DNA of 63,957 nt, the filler included, from Choristocarpus tenellus KU-1152 (lineage: Eukaryota > Protista > Phaeophyceae): the NCBI GenBank assembly GCA_964200185.2. It is 10 parts of 10 records of this genome, joined end to end, with 100 filler letters (N's around TTAATTAATTAA, not from the genome) between each part and the next. Parts side by side here need not be neighbours in the genome. Positions count along the whole stretch, not along the records: positions 30,613 to 35,509 come from CAXNAD020012619.1; positions 35,610 to 41,122 come from CAXNAD020010557.1; positions 41,223 to 44,228 come from CAXNAD020022991.1; positions 44,329 to 46,924 come from CAXNAD020026428.1; positions 47,025 to 54,209 come from CAXNAD020006572.1; 5 more parts are not named here. One strand, written 5' to 3'. Of the stretch, positions 34,960 through 47,940 are shown piece after piece. The notes below the pieces were generated by a model. The model saw only the letters and a list, made by a program, of their open reading frames with translations. It was not told the DNA's origin and searched no databases. Position numbers and translations under genes: made by a program. How positions within the stretch are numbered: the stretch's first letter is position 1; each line of letters starts with the position of its first letter.

Positions 34960-35759
34960 TATATATTTGGCAGTCCTTGATTTAATTTGTATCACAAGCA
35001 GAGCTTTATGATGGTGAATCTAAATGAGGAGAACTTAAAGCGGTAGGGTCCACAGTATCATTCGTTGGTCGCCATTTCTCGAATTGTAGGGTGTGCTGTA
35101 CCAATTAATGCGGAGGGGAGCGAAAGTGTATTAAATAGTCTATGTGCCAAGTATAGGGGGCCCTTTTGGGCTTGGGTGGGATGAAGGATGCATAGTCAAG
35201 GTGTTCTGGTGTCTCAGCGGATTACGTAGATGCTCCCTACGTGGATTTCACGAGGTCCGAAATCCTTAGAGGTCAGGCTTCTTTTTACGGAAATAGATCT
35301 GGTTTCGATCATCTAGATACACGTGCCAAGCACAACAGATAGTATACTTCTACCTTGCCCGTTATCCCACATAGTTTTGTAGAAAACAATCTAACTTACT
35401 GCGGTGTGGTGAATGGGGATGGTGTCACCCTCCACAAATAAGGATCCATAGTACCTGGGGGGGGGGGGGGGCAACTCCAGGGAGAGATAGAAAGAGATCT
35501 TTTATACACNNNNNNNNNNNNNNNNNNNNNNNNNNNNNNNNNNNNNNNNNNNNTTAATTAATTAANNNNNNNNNNNNNNNNNNNNNNNNNNNNNNNNNNN
35601 NNNNNNNNNGCGTAAATACCTACAGAATTAGAGATCTGCTGCCTGCATACGATTCCTCTACGATTCCATCCCCCGTCCCTTATATCCACCTCCAACACAA
35701 CTCCCATCCATATATACATACGTGCGCTGCTACTACAACAGGAACGGCACGAACAAAGA

Positions 35760-38700
35760 GAAGGACATGGCTCCGAAGTGAGACCTGGTGATGTCCTGGA
35801 TAGACTACTGAGTGGATACGTATGGGCAGTTCATGCCTCACAAGACCGCAATTTTGATCTACGCCGCGAACAAAAAGGTAGGTTTTGTCCTTGGTTGTGG
35901 AGAGGTTGGCCACACCCTATGTTGGAGTTAGTTGCAAGCCGTGAGACCCAGCAGTACGTAGAAGAAGTGGATCGAAGGAGTTTTTCGAGTGGTGGTTGAA
36001 TTTTACTTTGATCGGTCTGAGATTATGATTTAAAAAAAATGTGAAGCTTCGTACGAAGTACTATTTTTTTCGTTTGCTATGTCGAGACTACAATGATGAT
36101 GATGATATTCTTCGTCGCTTTTACGGAGGAAGGCGCTGTAACTGTTATTTCACCGTTGTGTACACCTACTCTGCGGCCTCGGGCCTGGTCTGACCTTGGT
36201 AGTAAAAGTGTGTACTTCGTATGTCTCAAGCACTTCGCGATGATGATGATGATGGTGGTAGATTCGCCTCCTTTACTGTTTCTGCAAACGTCGGCGAGGC
36301 CCGAACAGAATGACGCTCTTGGCAGATTTACGAAGATCATTGTATTTGCTCTTTCATTACGCGCGATGTAAGCTTGCTTGATCCTGTCTTCCATGTTGTC
36401 AGTCAAGTTATTGGTCAGCCCGCCTTCGAGAGATCATGCAGCGGTGTTCTTCGAGTGTTCCTTCTCAATAACTCCTCACTTGCCCACACAACCAACATTA
36501 TCAATTTGGAGCTATACAAGGATTTATGCAAAGAGGCAATACGGGTGTATCCTGACGACACTTCCAAGCGGGTAAGCAAGGCGCACTTCCTCCGATTGCT
36601 TAGAGAGGACAGGCCCAACATCAGGGTGAGAGTAGGAAGCGAGTTTTTGAAATGTGACATATGTGTCACGTTAAAAGAGAAGCGGCACGGTGCGCCTGGT
36701 GTAAAACCCACGAATGACTTCACCATCCTCGAGTCCATCGACAAGGAGCTGTCAGACCATCGAAAGGTAGGTGTCCAGCGTTAATTTTGCGACAATCGTA
36801 CCGTGGCAACATGTCGCCGTCCTTGCCCTCTATTGGGAACAATATCTGTTTCCTTTTGCCAATGAAGACTCCGATGCAGGTGCTTATGGCAGCAGCAGCA
36901 GCCTCACTCAGCGCAAAACTGTTGTTATTAGTTGCCCAAGCACCTTGTAAGACAGACTGTTTCGTTGTCGTCTACAACGGGCTGTGGGAGGGACAGGTCA
37001 TATTCCGGTCTTCCGGCCCCGTACGTACGTACTTGCTCCCGTCCCGATAATACTGTCTTTGCCTTGAATGCAGCAGTAAAAACAGGAGCAAAGACAAACG
37101 TTTATTGTTACCTACACTCGATGTTTGTCACGTACCTGTTATGTGTTAACAAGTGGCCCTTTTTTTTCACCTCTAAGCAGATTTATTGATTTACAGACGT
37201 CACGTTGCTCTCCTTAATTCGTCAGATTATCCAAGCAGATCGGCTGGTCATCGCCAACAACACCGGCAGCGCCATGCGGGCCAAAGTCGACAGCAAACCT
37301 CTCGGTTTCGTGTTCATGTCTGTAGGCGCGTCAAACCAGACATCCCACGCCCTCCCAGCACTTTACCCACCTACCCATGGCGGTGACAGGTAACCACATG
37401 CACACATAGTCCATTTGTCAACAAGTTTACAGCCGCACGCAGAACAGAAAAGACCACCCTGTTTTATTCAACGAATGAGTGCAAAGTCCCAAGAAATGAC
37501 CGCCAAAACAGACGCACATAATTCCACTACCTATTCTGTTCATCATGATGATGATGCACCATAATACCTTTCTTTACACGTTTCTTTGGTTCATGTCCTT
37601 GTTATCAGGGACTACTCCGAGCGCGAGGAGATCATGGCCACACACGTCAAAGGCCAGTTCGTGGAGGTGTTCTTCACTCCTCAAAATCTTGGACGAGGTA
37701 CGTATTGTGGGTTGTGGCTCAACAATCACACGACCGAATAGATGCTGGTTGCACATGCACCACTTGATTTACCGTCATGGTGAGGGGACCTGCTGCAGGT
37801 TAGATACCCGAGGATGAGTACATCCTTGCACAATTGTCCTACAGATACGGCAGGCCTGGTGAACAGTCGATTAACTGATGCTCTGTGCTCCCCTGCCCTC
37901 GTATGCCTCAGCTTCGGAAGGGCGAGAGGTGCGTAAGAGCTAATCAAGGAGGAGGGAAACCGACAGACATGTATATCAGCCAGTCGGGCGTATGTGCTCT
38001 ACATCACAAAAACACATTCCATTACCCCTCTTTTTGGCTCCAAGTAAACAATGCGTAAGTAAGTAGAGTACTATTTGCCAACTAACGACAGACATCATCG
38101 TTCGCGCAGGTTGTAACCTTGTCTGCACAGCCACCCACCTGGCCCTCACAAGGCTTATCGACAAGCACCACAACAGCCTTGATCACACGGGGGATTGCAT
38201 TATCCAGCACGCGCATTGGCAGGTAAGAAAGTTTCATCTTGACACGACCTACTCAACATATACTCGCCGAATACCAGCCACCAAGTAACTAACTGCACGG
38301 TGTTTAGTTTTGGTTTGTGAGTTGCAACCTGCATGTATGATGGCGGTGATGTAGAGCTTGCGTTCTAGCTCTACTGGAAACATGCTCTGTTCCTCCACGA
38401 AACGTGGTGAAATGGGCTGACATATCGGCCTCACGCCTATCCCTCCCTCGCTCCCAACTCCCCAAACTGGCCAGGTCGAAAACTGCGTCTCAAAGAACAA
38501 CAACAATTTCTTTCTCGGATATGTGGGCTGTTGGTCGCGGCAGGTGTCATTCGTGTGGTTGATATACATTTTATGATGGTGGGGCACACGCACATCAAGA
38601 TCGATCAGATCTTCTCCAGGTATTGGCAAGATATATAAATGCAATAGCCACATGGTGTTCTTACACGGACAGATACTGCCTTGAGGCTTCCAGTTCACGC

Positions 38701-40880
38701 TTGTTGCGTCTCTGGAAGGTTTATTGTCATACACTGCAATTAATTGATTGACTTTTGATTTCCCCACAACAAAATAGCACGAGAAGAGTAGCTCGCAAAA
38801 CTGTGCTGTAACCTAGTCTTGAAACAAAACAATAAAAAAATGTACGCATCACCCCTTTTTATATTTTTACTTCCATATACATGCATCAGAGCATGTGCCT
38901 GCATATATATCTTGCTTCTCCACTTCATTTCTTTCGCCCCCGCCTCAAAATGAACTTGCTTGCATTTCACCTTCAGGTTCTCACGTGGTATCAAAGGGAA
39001 GAACATATTCACAAGAACACAGCTGGGTGAAGAGCTGGAGGCCTCTTACACGGAGGTTCCAGTCTACTGCAGGACCCTACGGAACGAGGGCAACTTCAAG
39101 GGACTCCTTCACAGTTGCATCTACCGTGTTCCCAACATCACGAGCTACAGGGCTTTTCGCGTTTAAAAAGACGGTGATGGGAGGGTTAAGGTTAGCGTAA
39201 AGCAATACATGCACAGCACCGAATGGAGTGGGATAGGCGCCAATGTTGCTATCGACCCCAACGCCCCTCGGCACGACCTCTTCATCGGCCACTCGCCTCG
39301 TCTCCAAGATGCACCACACTACCGGCTCAAGAGCGTTCCCGAAGACGTCATCCTGAAGGTGGAGCAATGGTACCAGGCGTTGCACGAGAGCCTCACTGCT
39401 GCGTACCCACTGGGTAAGTCGAACATTTTGTGAAGGGAGTTGATGGCCAATTTTTGTATTCGGTGGCAGCCAAATACAACTGGTGCAACTTCTGTACGAG
39501 GCAGCCTTTACAGCCTATATAAAAACAATCTTGACAAATATTCCATTCTCATGCTTAGTGATCGTCGCATGTCACAATAAACAAGTACTATAGATTACCC
39601 CCAACAAATGTTTTGAGGGTATCGGTCTTTTACTCAACAGCGACGATTCCGACGAAATCTATACCCTCCCTCTCACTAAATGCTCCCCGAGCGCATTCGT
39701 GCAACTTCATGGCTGGTTACAAACTCACATTCATGCTTCCATACCGTTGATGTTCTCGTGCTCATGGATTCCACCTTCACGGATGATGAAGCCGTTCAGA
39801 GAGCGAAACACGAGCAAAGCAAGTCTGTGCAGCTTCTCAAAAGACAGGGGGACGAGAGTTCGACCTCCCAGTCCATTGGCTTCCCACTGATGACGATGGT
39901 GCTGGAACGAGGGCGAACGTTCGGGTGGAGGAGGTAATCTCGTCAGCGGTGACAATGATCTCGGCGAACTCAGAGAAATAGACTCTTTTTCATCATACGG
40001 TGACACGGAAGAAGCTGGTTTCCATCAACGGGGTTGGCCTCATGCTACCTTGAGATCGGCGAACGATGGAAACCTCGTCACCGTGCAGGAAGGCAGGTTT
40101 GCCTTTTTTGTGGCAACGGAGGCGCCTCTCTTGGTCGGCAAGATCCTAGCGGAGCGCGTCGGCGATGACGGGGAGCGTAGGGTAGATCTTCACTGCCTTC
40201 GGCCGGCCAGTGCCCACACACCTGACAACGCCGCGCTTCTGACCCTTGAAAAGTATGGGAAAAGTACATTAGTCCAAGGCTACATACACGCTGGAGATAG
40301 ATCCGGGCGAACTGGGAAACCGAAGCGAGTTAAAGACGTAATCTGGGAACCCGTGGCGGGTATTGTTTCGACGTGCGAGAAATTTGTTGGGAATGGCAAG
40401 AAGATTCCTACCAAGGTCTTGACAGTTCTACGGTCTGCTACCGAGGTGAGGGAAAGGGGGGGGTTTGTGGGAGAAGGACGAAAGACTAAATTCAAGGGAC
40501 GAGGAGAGGAGAGGGGGGGGGAGAATGGGGACGAAAAGGAGGACAACACCGACGACGACAAGGAGGAGGATGAGGAGGAGGATGAAAAGGAGGAGGACAA
40601 CGAGGAGCAGCAGAAGGAGGACCAGGACGACGAGGACGATGAAGATAAGGAGAACATCGGTACGGGGAAAGAGAGGGGGGTGTCTGCCGTTGCAGGTGCA
40701 TGTACGGGGGTGCCCTTGCAGACGGCCGTGAAAGGATCAGTCCTTGTGGCGGATACAGGACGGAGCAGTACGGCGGCACGGAAGAGACCTTTGGCTCCAA
40801 CGCAAACACTGGAGCTAAACACGCGGGTTAGGTTTACCGCTTCACACTTTAAGCCCCGTCACAGTGCTAGAGAAATGTAG
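35760..40880 (+). pseudogene. Intron-containing Sola-like DDD/E transposase pseudogene
   Basis: Exon-like blocks: ~35760-35877 (WIDY*VDTYGQFMP), ~36480-36766 (HFLRLLRE.RPNIRVR..FLKCDICVTLK), 37226-37389 (FMSVGASNQ), 37609-37697, 38110-38207, 38475-38619 (VENCVSKN; FMMVGHTHIKIDQIFS), 38977-39413, and an acidic tail to 40880. There are in-frame stops (~35808, 39164), a frameshift (~38527) and replaced catalytic Asp positions. Confidence 0.75.
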
Positions 40881-42622
40881 AGACGCCGGATTAGCAAGCA
40901 TGTGGCAGATATTTGTGTAAGTAAAGTATACCTTGTAGGCCTCTTGGAGAATGAGCGGTGTGTATTGAGAGCCGAGTACACATATTTGTTGTGGCGGATA
41001 GTAAAAACTGCCACAGGTGATGGCGGCGACATGTGTTTAGTTTAATCCATGACGATGTTTTCAGAGTGTTCCAAGCAGCATGTTGTTGTTACGATACATA
41101 GTAGAAGGGGGGGTTGGTTGCANNNNNNNNNNNNNNNNNNNNNNNNNNNNNNNNNNNNNNNNNNNNTTAATTAATTAANNNNNNNNNNNNNNNNNNNNNN
41201 NNNNNNNNNNNNNNNNNNNNNNGTGCAGTGCACCAATCAACAGTCAGTACAAGCTGGTAGATGTGTATCATATCAACAAGAAACAAATGAGTAGCCTATG
41301 TTTTAACAGACTGAACCACATATGGAACGGTAAGGTTTCCCACCAGCTAGGGAAATTCTGGTACTGCTGCTCTGGTAACTCAATGAAGACTTCTTTCTCC
41401 ATAGACACTTGAACGAGCGCTTGTTTCACATCCAGATGTCTTACCTCCGGAGATTCCATTGCAGTTGTTGCCAGCGACATCCTCATGCTTGCCCCCGATG
41501 GTGTTGGCGCAAACTTCTCCATGCAGTCCATTATGGGGATTTTCCAGAAACCATTGCGCCACCAATTGGCACTTGTATCTCGCCACTTCACTGATCTCAT
41601 TCACTTTCCTCTTGAGTACAATTTTATATCCAACCACCTTGCAGTCAGTTTGGCGAGCCGCCTATATCCAACCATTGTTCTTTTCCGGCCCCTCCATTTC
41701 AGAGTCAAACATCTTCGCTCTATGCCTTTATTCTACTGAGGAAGGAGTTTGTGACATATTTTTTTGCTCAAGGGGTAGTGTACATGCCAGTCCATCCAGC
41801 ATTACCAGATTCCACATTGCCATGTTCCCATGTACCTGTTCCTCCATTAACCCTGCAGGTTTGAACGCTCTCCCTCCTTTCTTCAAGGTGTTGCATCGCG
41901 CCAAGCTGTTGTAGTTGATGTGCTTCCGCCGTTCTTATTCTTGTTCCGACCTGGCATTGTTGGATATGCCTGCCTAGTCCAGGGATCACTTGTTTATCCA
42001 AGTGTGCTGGACACTGGTTGTTGTGACTGTTTTTTCCTGGACCTTGGGGCGACACCTGTTGCTCGTGTGACTCTTCTTCTACCTCAGATTGACTGCTTGT
42101 CACTGTTACAAACTACCCCTCAGTGCCATCAGGTCCGAGGTGTTGTTGTTTAGTGTCTTGGGATCGCTTGAACTCATCTGGTTGTTCCACCTCTGCGGAT
42201 ATCATGTCACATCCTGTCGTATCCCTATTGCTAGTATTACTAGATTGAGCACCTTTTTCACACCAATCTATCTGCATGATGGGCATCCAAGCATGATGCA
42301 TTTGCATCCACATAGTCCTAGTCTATGTCCTTGTTTATGGTGTATGTTTCGAAAGTAACCCACCATGCCAAATGGCTGAATGTCATTTATGTTCGCCTGG
42401 AAGCCATGCCACTTCTCTCGAATAGCGATGTACCACCTTCTTCATTTGTAGTGCTATCATAAATGCTGATTGTCGTGCATGGCGCACCCACTGCTTCTGC
42501 CCATAGGTTGGGGTTGCTTCCTTCCTATGTACGCTTTCCAGTGTATCCACTCTTTTCTCTTTCAGCGGACCTAGCACCCACTCCACCACACTATTGTATT
42601 GAGGTGTATCTGGCAATGTCAT

Positions 42623-42801
42623 GGCTCAAAGTATCTGGGGGGGGGGTGGTGGCTGTCCATTTGGGGTCAATTTTTTCATGTCGCGATTTTTGGGTAATTT
42701 GGTTGCATATATCGGATGGATAATGTAAAACACACTTTTCCTTATTTTGACCCAAATGGACATCCTGGTGTAGACCACTCTCCCCCCAGATACTTTGGGT
42801 C
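42623..42801. mobile_element. MITE family A copy inside copia integrase
   Basis: GGCTCAAAGTATCT...AGATACTTTGGGTC flanked by TCAT/TCAT. Confidence 0.88.
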
Positions 42802-43739
42802 TCATCTCATGTCAGATGGACATCTCGATTAGCAATTCATGGAACCTTCCTTCGAACTCGCCTCCTTCATCGGTGCAAATGGTACCAATGCTCCAATTTT
42901 ATTGGTTTTATTGCATCAGCCATGAATTCCCTGAGTGTGTTCACCATTTCGCTCTTGTTCTTCCAAATCACACCTGCATCATGGAAGAGTAGTGGTAGAC
43001 AAAGATCATCACATAGTTGCTTCCTCCTTATCTTGCCACCCTCATCGACTCCATCAAATCCACAAATAGTTGTCCAGTCGTTGTTGAAACATATTTTATT
43101 TATAAATTAATCGTTAACTATCTGCTCGGTAGCTCAGGGGTTTACAAATGTTTCAACAGTCGTTATTTACCTCTTCTGTCCATTCTCTTAGGTATTGAGT
43201 GTCTGTGTCCTTTTGTTTTGGAGCACCCTAAGCAGGAACTCCCTGTTTGATGTGATGCCATACCGCTTGGCTGTCGCTCGCCTGAGCTATTTGTGTGAGT
43301 GCAATAGCATGTTGTACCTTTCCATGATATGTCTTTGCTGAAAGGGCGTCACTGCAAGTCCCATCCCCGATGCTGCGAGCTGTTGTATCTCGGCAACGTA
43401 CCGTCCTTCTTTCTAAGAATGAAAGTAGTATGTGTCGTCATTGTGACCCAGGACCGCTGTGTCACTCCTCATATGAATGCCATGGTCAGACGTTTTCGAA
43501 ACTCTTTGCTGATAGTATATTCTGCGCCATAAAGTCTGATACCAATGTTACCTTCTCTAACATAACCATTTTTGGTGCTTTGCTTGGGCTGCTTTTTCCG
43601 CACCTCTAACATTCCGTACCCCTTAGCCTTAATTAATTTTCCATTGGTGAGCTCCACTGCTGCGGCCGACGCTAGTTTGAAATTGACCGTGTCACTTCCA
43701 TCTGATATCATGTAGTTCGTCACCCCTTATATGGTGAAA

Positions 43740-43926
43740 CGCTGAAAGTATTTGGGGGAGGGGGGTGATGGCTGTCCATTCGAGACCCATTTTTCCATAT
43801 CACCATTTTTTGGTGAATTCGGTAGCATGCGTCGGATGGATAATGTAAGTGCACTTCTCTGGTCAGGGCCCGAATGGACACCCTGGTAGACTGCCCCCCC
43901 GTCCCTCCCCCCAGATACTTTGAGCC
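43740..43926. mobile_element. MITE family A copy (more diverged) inside copia
   Basis: GCTGAAAGTATTTGGGG...CCCAGATACTTTGAGCC with a family A interior. Confidence 0.8.
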
Positions 43927-44163
43927 CAACATACCTGTGTTAGTGTTCCACATGAGACAAACAATTGTACCAAGAATGGGCGTCCCTGAGCATAGAAGGA
44001 CTTAAGCATTGTCGTGGATAACACGTGTTTTTGGACAAATTGACCCAAGCATGTTAGTAGTTTGTGATATGTAAGCACCACATTGGAGATATGAAGATAT
44101 GATAGCAAAATATGACTCTGAGGTCATTTATCTACCTACGACATGTCATATGGTTGCCTGTTG

Positions 44164-44228
44164 GGCTCAAAGTATCTGGGAGGGGGTGGCGGCTGTCCAT
44201 TTGGGGTCAATTTTTTCATGTTGCGATT
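44164..44228. mobile_element. MITE family A, truncated by contig end
   Basis: GGCTCAAAGTATCTGGGAGGGGGTGGCGGCTGTCCATTTGGGGTCAA. Confidence 0.8.
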
Positions 44229-44864
44229 NNNNNNNNNNNNNNNNNNNNNNNNNNNNNNNNNNNNNNNNNNNNTTAATTAATTAANNNNNNNNNNNNNNNN
44301 NNNNNNNNNNNNNNNNNNNNNNNNNNNNGGGAGGGGGACGGATTTACCAAGAGGTGTCAATAGCGGCAGGAAGGATGGGGGGGTGCAAGAGATTGAAGAG
44401 ATTGGATGGACTCAGGCAAACAAATGCACAAAAAGAAATCAACACTGTCTCTTTGCCCAACTACATATGGTATTGCAACACAACCGTAGCCTATCAAAAT
44501 CAAGAGACTTAAATACTCTCTTGTCTGTCTTCCCTGTAACAAACATTTAAAACACTCCTTGGCGAGGTGAATCGACCCAGTGCAACACCCTTCAAAGTAC
44601 TTCAAACTGGAACAGTAGATGACAAATTATGTAGAATCTACTTTCAACGCAGCACAAGAACAAACAACACAACTAAAACGCACTCAATATGAAGGATGAT
44701 AATAATAACAATCATAATAACCATCATCATCATCATCAATACAACTTGAAAAGACTTAACCATTAATACTGCACTCCTACCACCGTAACTTAGATAATGC
44801 ACAGTGGTGCCATGTAATTGTCATGTGAAGTCAAACCATCACTTTTTTTTTTTATAATTCTCAC

Positions 44865-46463
44865 CTACGCTAGCCACAGCAGCAGCGGCTCTTTGCTGTT
44901 CGGATAAGTTTTTGAATTCGAGGATGTACGGCTTCAAGACAGGGATATACACCTGGAGGAAGGAGACAACACGACAACTGTGTTATGAATTGAACATCAA
45001 GAAGACAGGGATATACACCTGGAGGAAGGAGACAACACAACAACTGTGTTATGAATTGAACATCACAACATTACAACTGTGTTATGAATCAAACATCAAG
45101 AAGACAGGGATATACACCCGGAGGAAGGAGACAACACGACAACTGTGTTATGAATTGAACACCATAACATGACAGCCGTGTTATGAATCAAACATCACAA
45201 CATTTCAACTGTGTTATGAATCAACCATCACAACATGACAATCATGTTACTAATCAAACATCACAACATTTCAACTGTGCTATGAATCAAACATCACAAC
45301 CTCTTATCATTTATGGTTCCACACCACAGGCTTAACATTTTCAATCCTGTGGACAGAGGCATTACTCATTATAATACCACAATGCATTCTTACAGGTTTG
45401 GAGTTGATCAAGGGATTTTATTTCCTATTTTTTCTCACTACTTTTTTTTTTCTTCCATACTATTATTGTATGTCAAAATTAACCAGACTGAATCGCACTT
45501 TCCTGACCTACCCTATGTGACAAAACAAAATAAAACAATAGAAATAATAATGAGCAAAAAATCCTGTAGAATACAAAAAACCTATTCAAACCATACTCAT
45601 AATAAAAAAAGAGAAACCTTCCCCTTTCCCCCCCCCCCAAAAAAAATAGGTTTAGTAAATGCCTCTTGATTCATTGTGATTGAGAAGGGAAACAAAAGAA
45701 ACAGGCAAAGTAAAAAATTTAAATTGGACACACTAAACAGCAGCATTACCCCCCCCCCTCCTCCGGCCCATCCCAACACTCCTCTTACCTTATTGTAGAA
45801 TCTGATGATATCCCCCCTGACCTTCCCCCTGCTTCCCCCCCCTCCCCCTGCTGATGCACCTCCTCCACTTCCACTGCCAACCTCTACAGCATCAGCAGCT
45901 GCCCCTCTAGAATCTTGTTCTCCCCCTGATATATCCCCCAGAGGTATGTCCTTGACTACACTAAGGCGAGGGGTAGCAACGCCTCCCCCAAGCCCCCCCC
46001 CAGCCCCTGTGAGGAGCTTGTATTGCTCAATGATCCTCTTGAAGGTGACCTCTGGTGTGACTGTGTTCACCTTACAGATGCTGTATGTACTATAAGAAAT
46101 TGATTAGGAAAAAACACAACAGTGGGGATAGGAGGGGTGGGAGCAAAATTACTTCCAGCGTTGTTGTATAATAATCAGGCGTAATCTCACCACAAAAAAG
46201 ATAGCATGACAATCCAACAGATAAAGTCAATCCACACTTTAGACTGTATGCAGTAGTAATGGACATTGGGGGTTAAGGTTTTAAAGGTTTTATAATGTTT
46301 TTGCATGAACAAATAATCCCCTATATTCTAAGTAAGTGAAACGCTTACACCGCAAAACCTACAAAGGGTGTACCCTGTACCTGCACAGGATAATATGGTG
46401 GAGATGCCTTCCCCTCAACAGATCTGTCCTTTTACCCACACAATGCTTGAACACTGTCCAGAT
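44865..46463 (-). CDS. RBR: Retinoblastoma-related protein, pocket B exons (partial)
   Basis: Exons 46463-46381, 46089-45789 and 44952-44865 give IWTVFKHCVGKRTDLLRGRHLHHIILCSTYSICKV..VTFKRIIEQYK..RGDIIRFYNKVYIPVLKPYILEFK, the RB_B signature. Confidence 0.9.
44936..45300. repeat. Compound tandem repeat duplicating the RB intron-exon junction
   Basis: Three copies of AAGACAGGGATATACACC(T/C)GGAGGAAGGAGACAACAC, interleaved with CAACTGTGTTATGAATCAAACATCAC units. Confidence 0.88.
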
Positions 46464-47940
46464 CTGGACAATTGGCACAGAGAGATAGAGAGATAGGGGG
46501 AAACGATATGTCACTGACAATCCATGCCTAAAGGTTTGCTGGGCAAAACAGAAAAAAAGCAGAAGCAGACAGACACAAGACCTTGGCCAACCAACCTTCT
46601 TGGGTGCTCTGGGCACTCTGGAGCATTGAATACATCTCTTACAGCACATCCCAGCAAACCAGTCAGGCGTATTGACAACCATCTCCTTTTTCCAGATAAT
46701 AGAAAGTCTCCTACCTAATCCCAACATCACATATGAACTCCACTGACACACACAAGACAATGATATAGAAACCCCATCCTTAACACAATACCGTATACAC
46801 ACCCTAACCCTAACCATGAAACGAGATGAACACTGACCTTCCTCTCCTCTCCCCCCCCCCCACCCCCCCCCCCCCCCCCACCCACCCCACCAAAAAAACA
46901 AAAAAAAAAAAAAAAAAAACAAAANNNNNNNNNNNNNNNNNNNNNNNNNNNNNNNNNNNNNNNNNNNNTTAATTAATTAANNNNNNNNNNNNNNNNNNNN
47001 NNNNNNNNNNNNNNNNNNNNNNNNAACCCACAACCCACACACACATACACACACACACATACATACACAAACACACACAACCCCCCCCCTCCCCCCCCCC
47101 ACACACACAATCCACAATCCACAATCCACAAACACACCCAGTCCTGTCCATCTCTTGCCTGACTCTGACTGACTCTGATCGCCGCTGATCCACCATAAAC
47201 CCCGATGTCTCATTCATTCCAACATTCACACCATTCACATCATGTTCCTTTCTCCCTCCTTCCTTGGCAGCCTTGTTACCACCAACAACCAACATGTTAC
47301 TGTGACCCACTCTGTAGCCATGATCACTCCCACCACGGTCCAGATGATCTCTATTATTATTATTGTTATTATCTCCCTAGAAAAAAACAACATACAACAT
47401 ATATATATATATGTTAATTCAAAAACACAATATTGATCTTTCAACCTTCACCCAGGTGATCTCTATTTTATTATTAAAGATATCAACAGTACACTATACA
47501 ATTTTGCAGCATCTTTAGAAAAAAAACCCAAAAATTACGTGTAACACACATGATTAATTTTTTTGGGGGGAAAAAGAGACGAAACGCTACCCATGATTTT
47601 TAAAAAACAGTACAAAAACTAGTGCAGCTCCTGTTTCCAAATCTTGGGACCAGCTCGTTTTTTTTCATTTCATTTCAAATTTCAGTTGGGTTTAAAAAAT
47701 AAAATAAAAGAACCTTAAAGAAAAGAAATACTAAAGATCAAAAATATCACCTTTCCACACAGTAACAGACAAGACAACCCTCTCTCTATCCCCCCCTCTC
47801 CACATACACATACACATACACATACACATATACATACATACACATACACACATACACATACACACATAAATACACATACACACATATATATACACATACA
47901 CATACACACACATACACAGACACCTCCCCCCAGCACTCAC

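Larger units (their letters stand above)
41223..44160 (-). mobile_element. Decayed Ty1/copia LTR retrotransposon pol region
   Basis: Minus strand in PR-IN-RT order. Protease: MTNY..VELTNGKLIKAKGYG (~43480-43720). Integrase: HEMTLPDTPQYNSVVE (~42380-42990). RT: YKIVLKRKVN..VARYKCQLVAQ and HLDVKQALVQVSMEKEVFIELP (~41270-41640). Many stops and frameshifts. Confidence 0.88.
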
